A DNA stretch of 58,899 bases, filler included, from Dirinaria sp. TL-2023a (lineage: Eukaryota): the NCBI GenBank assembly GCA_051941275.1. It is 6 parts of 6 records of this genome, joined end to end, with 100 filler letters (N's around TTAATTAATTAA, not from the genome) between each part and the next. Parts side by side here need not be neighbours in the genome. Positions count along the whole stretch, not along the records: positions 9,855 to 19,606 come from JAVEBF010001008.1; positions 19,707 to 29,452 come from JAVEBF010001009.1; 4 more parts are not named here. One strand, given 5' to 3'. The position numbers were made by a program, and so were the translations under genes. The notes beneath the pieces are model-generated. The model did no database searches and was not told the origin of the DNA. It worked only from the letters and a program-made list of their open reading frames with translations. This document shows positions 12,249 to 23,446 of this stretch, piece by piece (the first letter of the stretch is position 1; each line of letters begins with the position of its first letter).

Positions 12249-13130
12249 TTAACCAAATCTGTAATTATTGTTGTAAGATCCCCATGCCGGATCATGATCC
12301 GCTTTCTGTCTGTATTCCATCTCAGGATTGGGTTGCTTTCTTCTTCCACAACAACAACAACACCACTTAACGAGCAAATGACGGAAATTTGGAGCAAGCC
12401 ATGCCAGCAACATGATCGCGATAGTCGGCACGCCAATGCCAAGCCCAACAGCCAATGCTATGACATTGCTGGTGCCAAGGCCCGACTTGGAGCTGGGCTG
12501 GGGGCTTGTCGTAGAGGTTCCATTGCTGGCGGTGCCCGAGCTACCATTCCTCGTGGTGCCAGCACTGCTTTGTGGCGCACTTTCGCCCGTCTGTGCGCCG
12601 GCAACACTTGTTGAGGTACTCTTTGATCCACTATGGTCCGTGGATGTAGCAGTGGGGCCGGGAGTTGAGGACGCAGCTCCACTGTCACCAGCAGATCCTG
12701 TCGCCACAGGGATTGCGGAGACGACTGCAGTTGATGTGCTAGTCGGTTGCGGATTATCTGCAGCAGCTTTGCAGGAAAACATGACCGACTTGGCGTTATA
12801 TATTCCCGTGCCTTCTGCCAGCTGCATGCAGTTCTCCGCAAAGATTGACGGGCTCGCATTCGTGGTGGATACTCCGCAGGCCGTGTCTTCGTAGTAGATC
12901 AGACTCGCGGTACCCCCAGAGCAGGGGGGAAGCTCTCCGATTATGAGACCCCCCCCTCCAGTAGTAACGAGGCATACCGACAGTGGCAGAGAAACTGTCG
13001 GGTTGATGGTGCTTGGTTTGTCGCAGTCCCAGTCATCGTAAAGCTTGATTTTCCCAGGTGCGGCAGAAAAGACCGAGATTGGATGGAAGTGCATTAGTAA
13101 TGAACATAGTATAAGCGATCTGAGCGACAT
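12249..13130 (-). CDS. Single-pass cell-surface glycoprotein: signal peptide, Cys-containing domain, Ser/Thr stalk, TM helix, Cys5 tail
   Basis: Intronless ORF. Signal-like MSLRSLILCSLLMHFHPISVFSA, six Cys in the N-domain, S/T-rich stalk, TM VIALAVGLGIGVPTIAIMLLAWLA, then KWCCCCCGRRK. Confidence 0.8.
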   Translation of the reverse strand: MSLRSLILCSLLMHFHPISVFSAAPGKIKLYDDWDCDKPSTINPTVSLPLSVCLVTTGGGGLIIGELPPCSGGTASLIYYEDTACGVSTTNASPSIFAENCMQLAEGTGIYNAKSVMFSCKAAADNPQPTSTSTAVVSAIPVATGSAGDSGAASSTPGPTATSTDHSGSKSTSTSVAGAQTGESAPQSSAGTTRNGSSGTASNGTSTTSPQPSSKSGLGTSNVIALAVGLGIGVPTIAIMLLAWLAPNFRHLLVKWCCCCCGRRKQPNPEMEYRQKADHDPAWGSYNNNYRFG

Positions 13131-16100
13131 TGTAGATCCCATGACGAGGATCATTCCGCTCTGAACAGTCAGAGAAAGTCGTGGAAATCGCTAAGCATCG
13201 TTGAAGGGGTATGGCTTTATAAGTACAACACCGGCAATTCATTCGTACCCTGCTGCTTGGGTGGTAACGAGGCTTTCTCAAGCGAAGTGCAGATATTATT
13301 TCCAGGCAGACTCGCACATTGGCGCTTCTCGAGGTATCTGATTGGACTCGCCCATGCACATGGACTGGGGCCAGAACGACCTACGGTGTCGGCAAGGCTT
13401 TCGGCGGTGGTCTTCCCCAACCCAGTGGGTGGCTTGCACACAAATAGACTTGTGCATGGTGGACATTCCTCTGAACACTCAGTGAGTCTCGAGCGCCATA
13501 AGGGGTCAAGAGCTTTGAAGAGCTCTGAACCTGGACAGCATTTGCCGGTATAAATAACGACGCAGGAATTGACTGCAGGACAGAAGAAAGCGAGCGTCTA
13601 CTGACAATAGTAGTTTATCGTGGAGCGGAACACTGCTGCAGGTTGACCATGGAAGCACAGTGTAGGTGTGGGGGCGGAGCAGCTGCCGGACAGCCGGAGT
13701 GGCTCTGGTCACTTGGCACTCAAGTGCAAATTTGCCAGCATTGCCAGGGTTCATCGGTCCTCACTTGAAGTTGAAATAATCTCCTCCCGGGTTGACATAG
13801 TCCCATGTCCACAGAGGCACAGTACACCACATTCGTCGAGGATGTCGAATGGACGTCCAGCAGTCTAGTCTTCTATTGGCAATTTAAGATTATGGTCTTG
13901 GCATGATAGCATTTGAAGATTTTAACTGGCCTTAGCGCCCGCATCGCCCCCACGTCCCGTCACGATGAAGTGCCCAATTGGGTCTAGCTGACTCCAGGGG
14001 TACTGACAGTCTTCCTCAGACCTGATGGACCTCTTTACTTCATGTCGTGATCCACGTGCAGATAACAGAGAGACGACTACACGTCAACGTTAGTCCATTA
14101 TGCATTGGGAATTCCGACTATGAGGAACTGCTGAATACATCGAGCGGGCATTATAGAATAAACCCGTAAAGCGTCATTGCACGGTTTCATGATCATGTCT
14201 CTGAGCAGGGGCAAGGCTGACCTTCATGCAATATGCGCAACATTGATTGCGTGAAGAACTCAGAGTATCATGCCAAAGCCCAAATGCCATAAGATTTTCG
14301 AAGTGGTGGAGGTGTTTTTACCCAATTCAATTTAAAAACCCTAAATCAACCCTCGATGGAGAGTTCTTCCCAGTCTACAGATTTCTGGGGTGCGACCATA
14401 TGTACATTTACATTTTACACTAGTGCTCCTCTTTTTACGTCGGATGAGGTTATGTCGGCTTTCAATATCCGTGCGTCGCCTATTCCTATAAGATCCATGT
14501 AGTGGAACCTTTATATTACGAAAGCACTGTACCTCTACGCTTGTCTCATACAAGAAAAATTCGTTGCCAGTGCGAGTACATGTCGAATAACCAACGCAAC
14601 ACTAGGAACACAGTATCTCTGTCTCGAGCTGGCAATCACAAGGATTTGAAGAATTAATTGTGATATTAATGTTATCAGTGCAAACTAATTGGATCCTCCC
14701 AGTACTTTCACCGAGGAGGAACAGGCTCAGCCGGTGCTGAAACACAGCCAACTGATTGACTGTAGCAATATGGCTTCTCAGGATTATCGAAACGCTCTTA
14801 CATGTTGCGTTGAGCTCGAAAGTTGCTGAAACAGCGAGTACACGCCGCAATCCTGATTGTTACAGCTTCGGCGCTCTCGGGACCTACATTCCTGCAACTC
14901 CGAAAGACCGGTGAATTAATAGGGCGTCTTCGACTCTTCGTCCTTTATTTACTAAAAAAAACTGAGGCCCCAAATTGAGAACATAAACCCTCCGGGACTT
15001 CATTTCGGATCGCTAGCTTTGTGTCGTCGCGCCTTCGCCTAACAAAGTGTACGAAGGCAAAAGATCACTGTTGTGGTATGGACATGATGCATTCTAAGTA
15101 TGCTTCTCCATTCTACATTTCGACTTACATCCATCATGAGTTACGCGTCTTCATTGTGGGTCTCCACGGTGGGCTCCGACTGACCTCCTAAATTGGCTAC
15201 TGATTAATTTTGCACCTAAAGTACCTCATCGACTGCTCATTGACCGCTGACCAACAGGCGTTGGACCGAAATACACCCTTGGTCGAAAATAATAGAGCAT
15301 CATCTCACATCTCAAAACCTCCGGCCTCGCCATCGAGACCATTAAATCTATATTCATTACTTTCTCCTCCGTTCTTTACACCCAAGCTCACCTAATTATA
15401 TTGCGATTTTGATGGCTCCTATGATCATACGAACCAAAAAAAGAATTCTGGATGCGTCGCAATGCCGGTATTTCGAGTCTGTAATCTCTTCTCCATTTCC
15501 GCCAGCGCCTGCGCCAGCGCTGCGCCCTACTCCGGTGTTCTCTTTTTGCGCTCCTAGTTCCCTTCAAGCATAAGCCGAAACTTCATTGTCGTCTTGAGTT
15601 AAAGAAATGGATCCGCATCTTCCCGCCCGCGAACGCTCGAGATGAGCTGCGCCCGTAAAGCGGAGATTGACGAGGATCTTGACGACGAAGAGGTGGCTGT
15701 TGTTTTTGAAGTTGAAGTTGAAGTGGGCGTTAAAGACCCATCTTGCTTATTGATTGCTGCTGTTATATGAGGGCTTTGGCACAGAGTCTGAGAGGTTTGC
15801 CTTTCCCATATGCTATTATGTACGGCCTTCTTCCATGGGAGAACCCTGGAAAGAGTAGACCTGGTGGCATGTGATCGGGTGGGCGCAAACGTCCAAAACC
15901 TTGCACTATTGAGAATGATAGTGGCCACCGAAAATTTAATGGAGAGTTGATTTCGGAGCAACATTTTGCACTTGACAAAGCATGGGTCGAGAAGCATCTG
16001 GGTGGTTGGTCTTTAAGGTCACTGTCTGGGGCAGCCATCGTAGGAGACTCCACGCAAGGGATTACGGAGCAAGGCGGTAGTATACGTCTAGCGGCCGTAA

Positions 16101-16520
16101 CAGCTTAGGAGGCATACTTACTCCTCAGACGCCTTCTTTTCTTACCCATCATCTCGTCTATGCCATGGAGATACTGGAACTGGGCTGATACTGGAATGAA
16201 TATGCATATCTACAATACTCAACAGGACGCTCTGGCTAGGGTCCGCTGGGATGCACTTATATCGCGCGGGTTTACTGTCCGTCCCGAAGATCGTGTTGTG
16301 GGTGCAATATCCCAGAAGTATTACGGTTTGACATTTTGATGATTGAAGGCTGGGACCTTTGGTTCATGAATTGTCAGATTTAGGAGATGTTTATGAGGTC
16401 AATTGCACCTATATTTGGCAGTTTGTTTGTGTGTGATTAATTGCCTCACCTCTCTAAGAAAAGCGAGGAATTGTGGGTTACTATATACCCGATATTACTA
16501 TTACCCGGAGCCCTGCGGTT

Positions 16521-16650
16521 TACCTATCCGCGGACTGCCATCTTGCGGACTGCCATGTATACTATCCGGGCCACTGCCTATACCTATTATCCATTACCTA
16601 TTACCTATCCGAGGACTACCGTTTTCCGAGGACTGCTATCTTGCGGAGGC
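16521..16650. repeat. Degenerate direct-repeat cluster (TACCTATCCGMGGACTRCC / GGACTGCYATCTTGCGGA)
   Basis: TACCTATCCG(C/A)GGACT at 16521 and 16602; GGACTGC(C/T)ATCTTGCGGA occurs twice. Confidence 0.6.
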
Positions 16651-17187
16651 TAACCGTTTTCGTCAACTTATACTTTCCACATTCTTGGTGGTGAACCGGT
16701 CCACCCGGTCCCGGTTTTACATGAAATCATTATCGCAATAACTTGGTGACCCATGTCGGCCATACCATGGGGTCCAGGGCTGGAACAAGATATACCCGGC
16801 ACTACCTAAGATTACTCGGCACAATTCGGCACTCAACAACTCAACATTTTCCATCATCATTTTCCTAGATCATTTCGACATGTGAATACATTTGCAGCAT
16901 GATAAGCAGACTCTCGGGTGCCTACACGTATTTGATTTATCTACATCAGTTTCTCTACCCAAAGCAATGAAATCTCTTGTTCACGCATGTATCTCTTACA
17001 TAGTCACTCAAATCTTCGCTACTTCAATACCTGAATAATCATAATTTATCTTGCGCAAATTTCTTCCTGGCTGAAACAGTCGTTCCACTACCTGCAACCG
17101 GTCTTTAAGTCGATTTTCAAGCTCCGACTCTACAATCATCAAGCCTACCATAACAGCTCGCGCAAATATTAAGGTTACAGTACAACC

Positions 17188-18378
17188 ATGTCTGCACCAG
17201 ATAATGTTCGGCCTGCTAGGGCCTGGATGAGGGCCGAAGATCCATTAAAAGTTGAGGAAGCAGTGAAGCAGCTGCAAACCGCCGTGAGAGATAGCTTGCC
17301 GTTGGATCGAGAACCCTACCAACATGTTGCCGTTCTGATGTTTCACTGGGACACTGACGACATTGGAGTTAAACCATTGGAAGCTGAGCTTGCCAAAGTA
17401 TTCCGATAACAGATTGGGTATTCTGTCGAGATTTACGAAATCGAGACCTATCCATCACGCCACAATGTTGCCCACAACTTCAACAGGCGGCTATACGATT
17501 TTCAGACCCGTCACGAGGGCCCGAATAACCTGCAGATATTTGTATACTCTGGGCATGCACATTCCGGGGCTACGACCTTTGGATGCCATCTATTGTAAGC
17601 TCGTTTGAATATCCATCCAGATAAGGTGTTGATAGATTGAACTGACGATCGCTAGCCCCTCGATGCCTTACTATATAAACGACCCAGAAATTGACTGGCT
17701 GGCCATACGAGGAACCCCAGACTTTAGCGATGGCGATGTCCTCTACATATTCGATTGCTGCTTTGCCGCAAGCGGTGTGTTCCATCATCAAGATACGGAA
17801 TAGCTTGCTACGTCCACGATGGAGGCTTTTCAGACGACCGACCGAGCCGATTGCCTGACTAATAGATTAACGCGGCTCCTTGAGCGATTTAATGGAACAG
17901 CTATGACAACAGCAGCGTACCATAGCTATCTCATTGCCGAGATGTATGACGAGTCTCACAGGCTTGCTACGACCCCCGTCTATGTGCCGAGCTCCACTAA
18001 AAAGGCCATAATGCTGGCACCAACCACGGCAGCCCTGAAGGGCACTTTCCTGAATTGACTGAAATCACACAACATGTGCCCAGCTAGGGTGCTTGTTACC
18101 ATAAGACTGCACGGCCATGCCACGATCCCGAACGTAAGCGAGTTCGAGAATTATCTACGTGGCAACATTCCTACACAAGTGGCGGACATAAAGTGGAAGC
18201 TGTATTCGAAAATAGCTCTCAATTGTATCTCGTGTCAATGCCGGCCGCGGTCTGGGCTCAACTTCACGAGGACGACAACATACACTTCGTCGGGCATGTC
18301 AAATCGTCAAATCTTTTATTGAGCGAAACTGTTGGACTAGCACTCACTATGCGGCCAAATAGTCTCAAAGAACATTGA
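17188..18378 (+). pseudogene. Pseudogene of a fungal caspase-fold (clan CD, C14-like) protein
   Basis: Reconstructed frame: YQHVAVLMFHWDTDDIGV..LAKVFR*QIGYSVE...IFVYSGHA, intron 17595-17655, IDW...DVLYIFDCCFAA...VLVTIRL...LVSMPAAVW..FVGHVKSSNLL. Stops TAA 17407, TAG 17801, TGA 18056; frameshift near 18192. Confidence 0.8.
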
Positions 18379-19606
18379 TTGTTTTCGCAAAGCGTACTGA
18401 AGGTCAAAAGTGAAATCTGCTTCGGATTTCTGATCCTCTAGCTAAAACTCTCGTCATCAGAAATTCTCAAGTTCAAATCTGAATATGGGTACGAAAATGT
18501 TAAAACCATCATGACGAGAATGTCCGGCCTCAAATAGGTCTTGTTAGTCGACCTTAGGCATAGCTGAGCAAAAGGCCACTTGACAAGTCCACCGCTTGGC
18601 CTCATTGATTTCCACGCATAGATTTAATTTACTGAGGTGTTTGGAAACCAAAAGAAGAAAAATAAAATAAAAAAAAATAAGAAAAATTAAAAAAAATTTG
18701 GAGTTGATTTGCTCTCAAGTGAAAACGCACCTCGAACCAAAATCTCTTCCCAACAAACCCCTTTTTCCCAAGGCAGCAGAAATCACACAGCATGTCTCAC
18801 ACCGTGCATCATAAAAATTTAATCATAACGGATACTTCACCACAAGAGCATCAATCCGTAGATCATGATGGCATCGCCATATCGATCCATAATACTGAGT
18901 CAACAGTTACTATGTAATTCTTCTGTTTCTATTTTCAGTGCTTGAGCTGCCGCCCCACCACTCTTTCCCACTAAATACTCATTCTCGCGTGATACTGCAT
19001 CTGATATCTTTGAGTCTAACAGAGCGCATTTCAAACAACGACGATCTCACGAGATGAAGATGGACTGAATTACCACGACCGTGCCATCGTTAAATAGGCA
19101 TACCGTTAAATTATATTAAAGATTTGAGAACGAGAAATCGAGAGAGGTGAGGAGGGCGATTTGGCGGCAGTGAAGTAGGGTGATGCGGCGGTAGTGGTTA
19201 CATATGAGTATATAAGGGTTGCTGAAGGTGAAGAAGGGGTATATCTTCCTTCCCTCCACCCAAAAGAAAAAGTGAAAGAACAAAACTCATGAGTATGTGA
19301 TCACGATGCAATCTTCACATGCTTGACCTTGAATACCTATCTTTTTGGTTGGGGGCAATAGGAGATATATAACTAACACACCAACTCCTTGCCCCCCTCC
19401 CCCCCAAAAAAAGGACAAACTTAGTTTTCAGACAACGAAAGATGGAGATGAAGATGATCTATTGAGCTATGTGTTTTGCATTTACTATAAAGAAAAACAA
19501 AAACTTTTGGCTTTTGCTTTTTTCTATCGAGGTTTTTCTTGAGAGACAAAGGTGCAAGGTGGAGATTTGAAGAATCAAGATTAAATTCACCTCACCTATC
19601 GAAAAA

Positions 19607-19706
19607 NNNNNNNNNNNNNNNNNNNNNNNNNNNNNNNNNNNNNNNNNNNNTTAATTAATTAANNNNNNNNNNNNNNNNNNNNNNNNNNNNNNNNNNNNNN
19701 NNNNNN
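19607..19706. other. Artificial contig-joining linker
   Basis: N44-TTAATTAATTAA-N44. Confidence 0.98.
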
Positions 19707-19788
19707 TCCCAAGAGTACCAAATTTCTTGTTGTTGGGGCCTTTTTTCCCTTGAAACTCCATCTCATGTGCTCTCTCTCAAAAGGCACA

Positions 19789-20625
19789 TCAGTCACATGG
19801 GTCCGAATCAAGGGCCCAAAGCAAAGGCACGAAGTCCATCCAGTCCCAGCTGCACTTTTTTTTGTCGTCCTTTTTCTTATCATCCTTTTTTTCATCTTTT
19901 TTATCGCCTTTTTTCTCATCATCCTTTTTCTCATCCTCCTTTTTATCATCCTCCTTCTTATCATCCTCCTTTTTATCATCATCATCATCTTCTTCTTCTT
20001 CCGCCCTCTTCTTAGACGGAGCTTTATCGTCGGATTCCTCGCTATAAATCGTAAGTGGAGGAGCTATACCGTTTGAACCCTTATGCTCGTGCACGGCGAT
20101 GGCAGCATCCACCTGGTCATCGGTCAACCGAATCGGCGTTCCGTCCTCGGAATGGAACAGCGCGGAGATCTCGTCGTCCGAGAACCCCGCCTTCACCACC
20201 TTGTAGATCTGCCTCGGAGGGGTTTTTTCGGCGAGGGGCTGGTTGTCTTTGTCCTTGATCAGTGTGGGTGTCGAGCCAATTGGTGCATCAAACACGTTTT
20301 CGTTGTCGGAGGGCGATTCGTCGGCGGCGGCGAGGGCGTCGAGTTGAGCATCGGTCAATTGGTGTCGCTTTTTGGGGCCGGGTCCGGTGCCGTGCGTTGC
20401 CGTTTCCGCTTGGATGCTGGAGACATCGCGTTTGGAGAATTCGGCCCGTTCTTCGTTCTGACGTTTGCCTTCTGGGGTCAGTGGGCCATCTGTTGGGCTT
20501 ATTTCCTTCAGCAGCCAGTCTTGCGGAAAGCTCAAGCTGTCAGAAGTCTGCGGGGCTGGAAGAGCATAAGCCGCATAAGTCCAAATCAAGACCACAAGGG
20601 TCGCTGCTTGATATGTGAAACGCAT
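19789..20625 (-). CDS. Secreted protein with several KR (Kex2-type) sites, three acidic helical repeats and a KKEDD tract
   Basis: ATG 20625; signal peptide MRFTYQAATLVVLIWTYAAYA-LP; GKR, SKR, KKR and KKR sites; intronless ORF of 278 aa. Confidence 0.8.
   Translation of the reverse strand: MRFTYQAATLVVLIWTYAAYALPAPQTSDSLSFPQDWLLKEISPTDGPLTPEGKRQNEERAEFSKRDVSSIQAETATHGTGPGPKKRHQLTDAQLDALAAADESPSDNENVFDAPIGSTPTLIKDKDNQPLAEKTPPRQIYKVVKAGFSDDEISALFHSEDGTPIRLTDDQVDAAIAVHEHKGSNGIAPPLTIYSEESDDKAPSKKRAEEEEDDDDDKKEDDKKEDDKKEDEKKDDEKKGDKKDEKKDDKKKDDKKKCSWDWMDFVPLLWALDSDPCD
19855..19998. repeat. Coding minisatellite (~15-bp unit TCATCCTCCTTYTTA) encoding KKEDD/KKDDE on the minus strand
   Basis: Tandem imperfect units directly visible. 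Confidence 0.85.
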
Positions 20626-21023
20626 TTTGCAGGCGTGGTGATCAGAAACTCGTTTGTAGGTAAGCAAGATGTGAGAGGATGAGCAGAAGTGGGTAAGTTA
20701 TAGATTCTGTAAAATTCTAGTATAGTAAGAGTAGTATAGTAACAGGTGTCTAACTTTGACTTAGATTGGAATACTTAAATGGGAAGACTTGAATTGGAAG
20801 AGATTGAAGGTAGCTGGACTGAGCACGTCAAGGACAGCAGAGACAGGTGTTATATAGACATTGGAGAAGAGAGCCATGTAGAGATTCATAATGTTGGGCT
20901 TAGTTTTCACAGCCCAATCCACTGATTCCCAACATCCGTCAGTTACCGGACAACACGTTTCGCGCACTGTGTCGGTTTTTGTTACGATTGGTACCTGGTA
21001 CCGGTGGAAGTGGAAGTGGTAGT

Positions 21024-21082
21024 AGTTGCCACAGTTTATGGTTGCCACCGTTTACGGTTGCCCGTGCTACCGTCTACGGTAC
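21024..21082. repeat. Short degenerate tandem repeat (~16-bp GGTTGCCACCGTTTAC)
   Basis: AGTTGCCACAGTTTAT GGTTGCCACCGTTTAC GGTTGCCCG TGCTACCGTCTAC GGTAC. Confidence 0.6.
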
Positions 21083-22289
21083 TTTAGTATTTAGCAACCA
21101 TCCAGTAGTTAGAAACGAAGCAACCTTTTACCATCCCTAATAATCGACCCTGATAGTTTTCATTGAGCCGTTCTTTATTGAGCACTGTCCGCCCCACCCT
21201 GTCGATGTCTCTTGTAAGCCAGACTAAACGACTAGATTCTATCGACTTCGTCGAGCCGCGAATATCCTCGCACTACCGGAGCTTGATCCCGGCGTGTATC
21301 CTAAGCCAATTAGGAATCCAAAAGAAGCCACGGACGACGGCATTTTTCGGCTGAGAGCACTCAAAGATGGCGGACACGCTATTTGGTGAAGCAAAATCAA
21401 TGGCTCTTTTTTCTTGCTGACGAGGCTTTGAGCTCCGTATCTTAGCGAGATTTTGATATGTATCCAATATGCATTCGGTTTCTCGGTTCCCATACGGATC
21501 AGCGAATATTGAGTCATTGGAATAATAATCGTACGTGATTGAATTATTATGTAATTGGAGAATCAGGTTGAGTTGTGGCTTGTGCAATGAAGAGCGTGGG
21601 ATAGGGTTTGCCCTGACACAGTGGTCCTTGCAGTAGAGAAGACATGATGAACTGCACAACACAATCGGATTGTATCTTGAAGTCGAAAGTCTGACCTTGT
21701 CAACAATCAATCTCGAACAAAGAAGTAAAACGCAGCACCCGTTTCCGACATTCCCATTTATTCTATCTTCGTTGCTTCAGCATCGAGAATTTTCATAAGC
21801 TTGACTTGAAATATTTCATATTTTGCGTGGATCCGAGCTTAAGAGAGCTACATCAAACATTGTGGGGATTGTGTCATTGTAGGGAAAAACCGCTGGATGT
21901 GGAATTATCCAAAACTGGTATTGACGATGGCATGGAAGGGTTTATTTGTTGACTCGTTCATGTGATTGAGCCCTAGAATCCATAAAGAATGTTCAGAGAT
22001 GCGTTAGAAGCCAAAAGGCAGTATACAGGTAATGAGGGAGAGTCTTGCTTACCGACCTTCCAGTATTTCTAGCTTCCTCTCCATACTCGGCCAAAAATCA
22101 TATAATTATAACGAGTCTCAGCAGCCCAAAAGTCTTCTTCAACTGAGTCAGCATAATCGGTCTTTTCGAACATCACAACCGGATTTTCCGCCACATCGTT
22201 GCGTCGACGCCTTCGTCACCCGGAACATAGTGGACGTGTTTGTATGCAGCTTTGGCTTTCTGCGTGCATGTCCTCCAACCCGAATGTTA

Positions 22290-22736
22290 TTAATGCCTAT
22301 TGAGATACGCTTCACCCCTCTCTCGCCAAGCTCTATACCTTTCTTCCTTGGACCTCCGCTGCTGCTCCACCTCCAACCGCGAGCGAATTCCCGCGGCAAG
22401 CTGCTCGCTCTCTGTCGTCCGCACCGCGCGCTCGATTTCTCCCATTTTGAGCTCCAGCCTGAGTTTCTGCTCATCTCGCTCTTTCTTGGATTTCAGTTTC
22501 CAGTAGGGTATTGCATAGTTCTTGTACAGATTGCGATGGAAAGTATTCGTTGGGGTGTGGCAGAGGATTTTGAGCTCGAACCATGCGAGTCTGATATCGT
22601 CGACTGAATACCGTGGTTGGAGGTGAGGCCGGGGGTGGTAACCTAAGGCTTTGCTCATTTCGTCGAGGCTGAAGGCGCAGTGGGTGTCGGCGACTAGGAT
22701 TGTGGCTTTTTCGTCAGGCGATAGGATGTTGATCAT
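22290..22736 (-). CDS. Hypothetical 148-aa protein (HTH-like N-terminus, charged helical C-terminus)
   Basis: ATG 22736 in an ACAAA-ATG context; coding supported by similarity to the adjacent paralog at 23447-23884. Confidence 0.7.
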   Translation of the reverse strand: MINILSPDEKATILVADTHCAFSLDEMSKALGYHPRPHLQPRYSVDDIRLAWFELKILCHTPTNTFHRNLYKNYAIPYWKLKSKKERDEQKLRLELKMGEIERAVRTTESEQLAAGIRSRLEVEQQRRSKEERYRAWRERGEAYLNRH

Positions 22737-23446
22737 TTTGTTTTTGGGTTTCTTTGGTGTTGGATTATTTTTCTGGCTTTTTTTGGGGTTGGTTTGATGA
22801 TTTTGATAAATAGAAGTCAAGGTAGTATGATGCACAGGGCTGTATGAGACACTTTGACGAAGTTCGAAGCTTTTGGTGTAGTTGCAAGCACTAGCTTTCT
22901 TATACGTTGTAGGTACAGGCTGGGACCTAGTGACTGGCGACTTGACTGCTGAGCATATGTAGAGCATTCATTGTTAGTGAACAACTCTAAACAGAGCGAT
23001 TGTCGCAGATTCAACCACTGGTTAATAATGAACACTTGGGATTAGCTCCTTCATTGATAAAGAGTCACTTCGAACAAAGCAGTTCTCATCGGTCAATTAA
23101 ATTTTCTTGTATGATCCGCGTCAAATCCCTGGTCACGAACTCATCTAGCCAACATGATGACTAGATGCTTCATTAAACGGTCCTAGGCACCCTGACCAAG
23201 AAGGTTGAGACTTTTGGCGACTTCGGTACGAAAAGCGATGAATGAGCATTAGGGCTGGTCGGGTCTCGATAGGGAGCCCAACCGAAGACTTTCGAAAACT
23301 GGATCAACATGTACTGTATTAGCAAGATACTGGAGGAGATTTGCCAGTGCAAGTATGAAGTTTATAGGATATTGATGAGCTTTTAAAGGAAGAGGACCTC
23401 CGCGTGCCGACGCTTGCGAGTAGGTAACCTAAATACAGCTCTGAGT

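Noticed and set aside
15420..16060. Protein-like minus-strand fragments (LRAQLISSVRG..AALAQALAEMEKRL)
   Set aside because: Possibly a relic gene, but multiple stops and no recognisable motif give too little support
19659..20682. Hydrophobic (FIILL), poly-SSF and MIKRR ORFs
   Set aside because: Alternative frames of the KKEDD-coding minisatellite and antisense of the secreted protein
16521..21082. CRISPR-like arrays among the short repeats
   Set aside because: Eukaryotic context, no constant repeat with unique spacers, no cas genes
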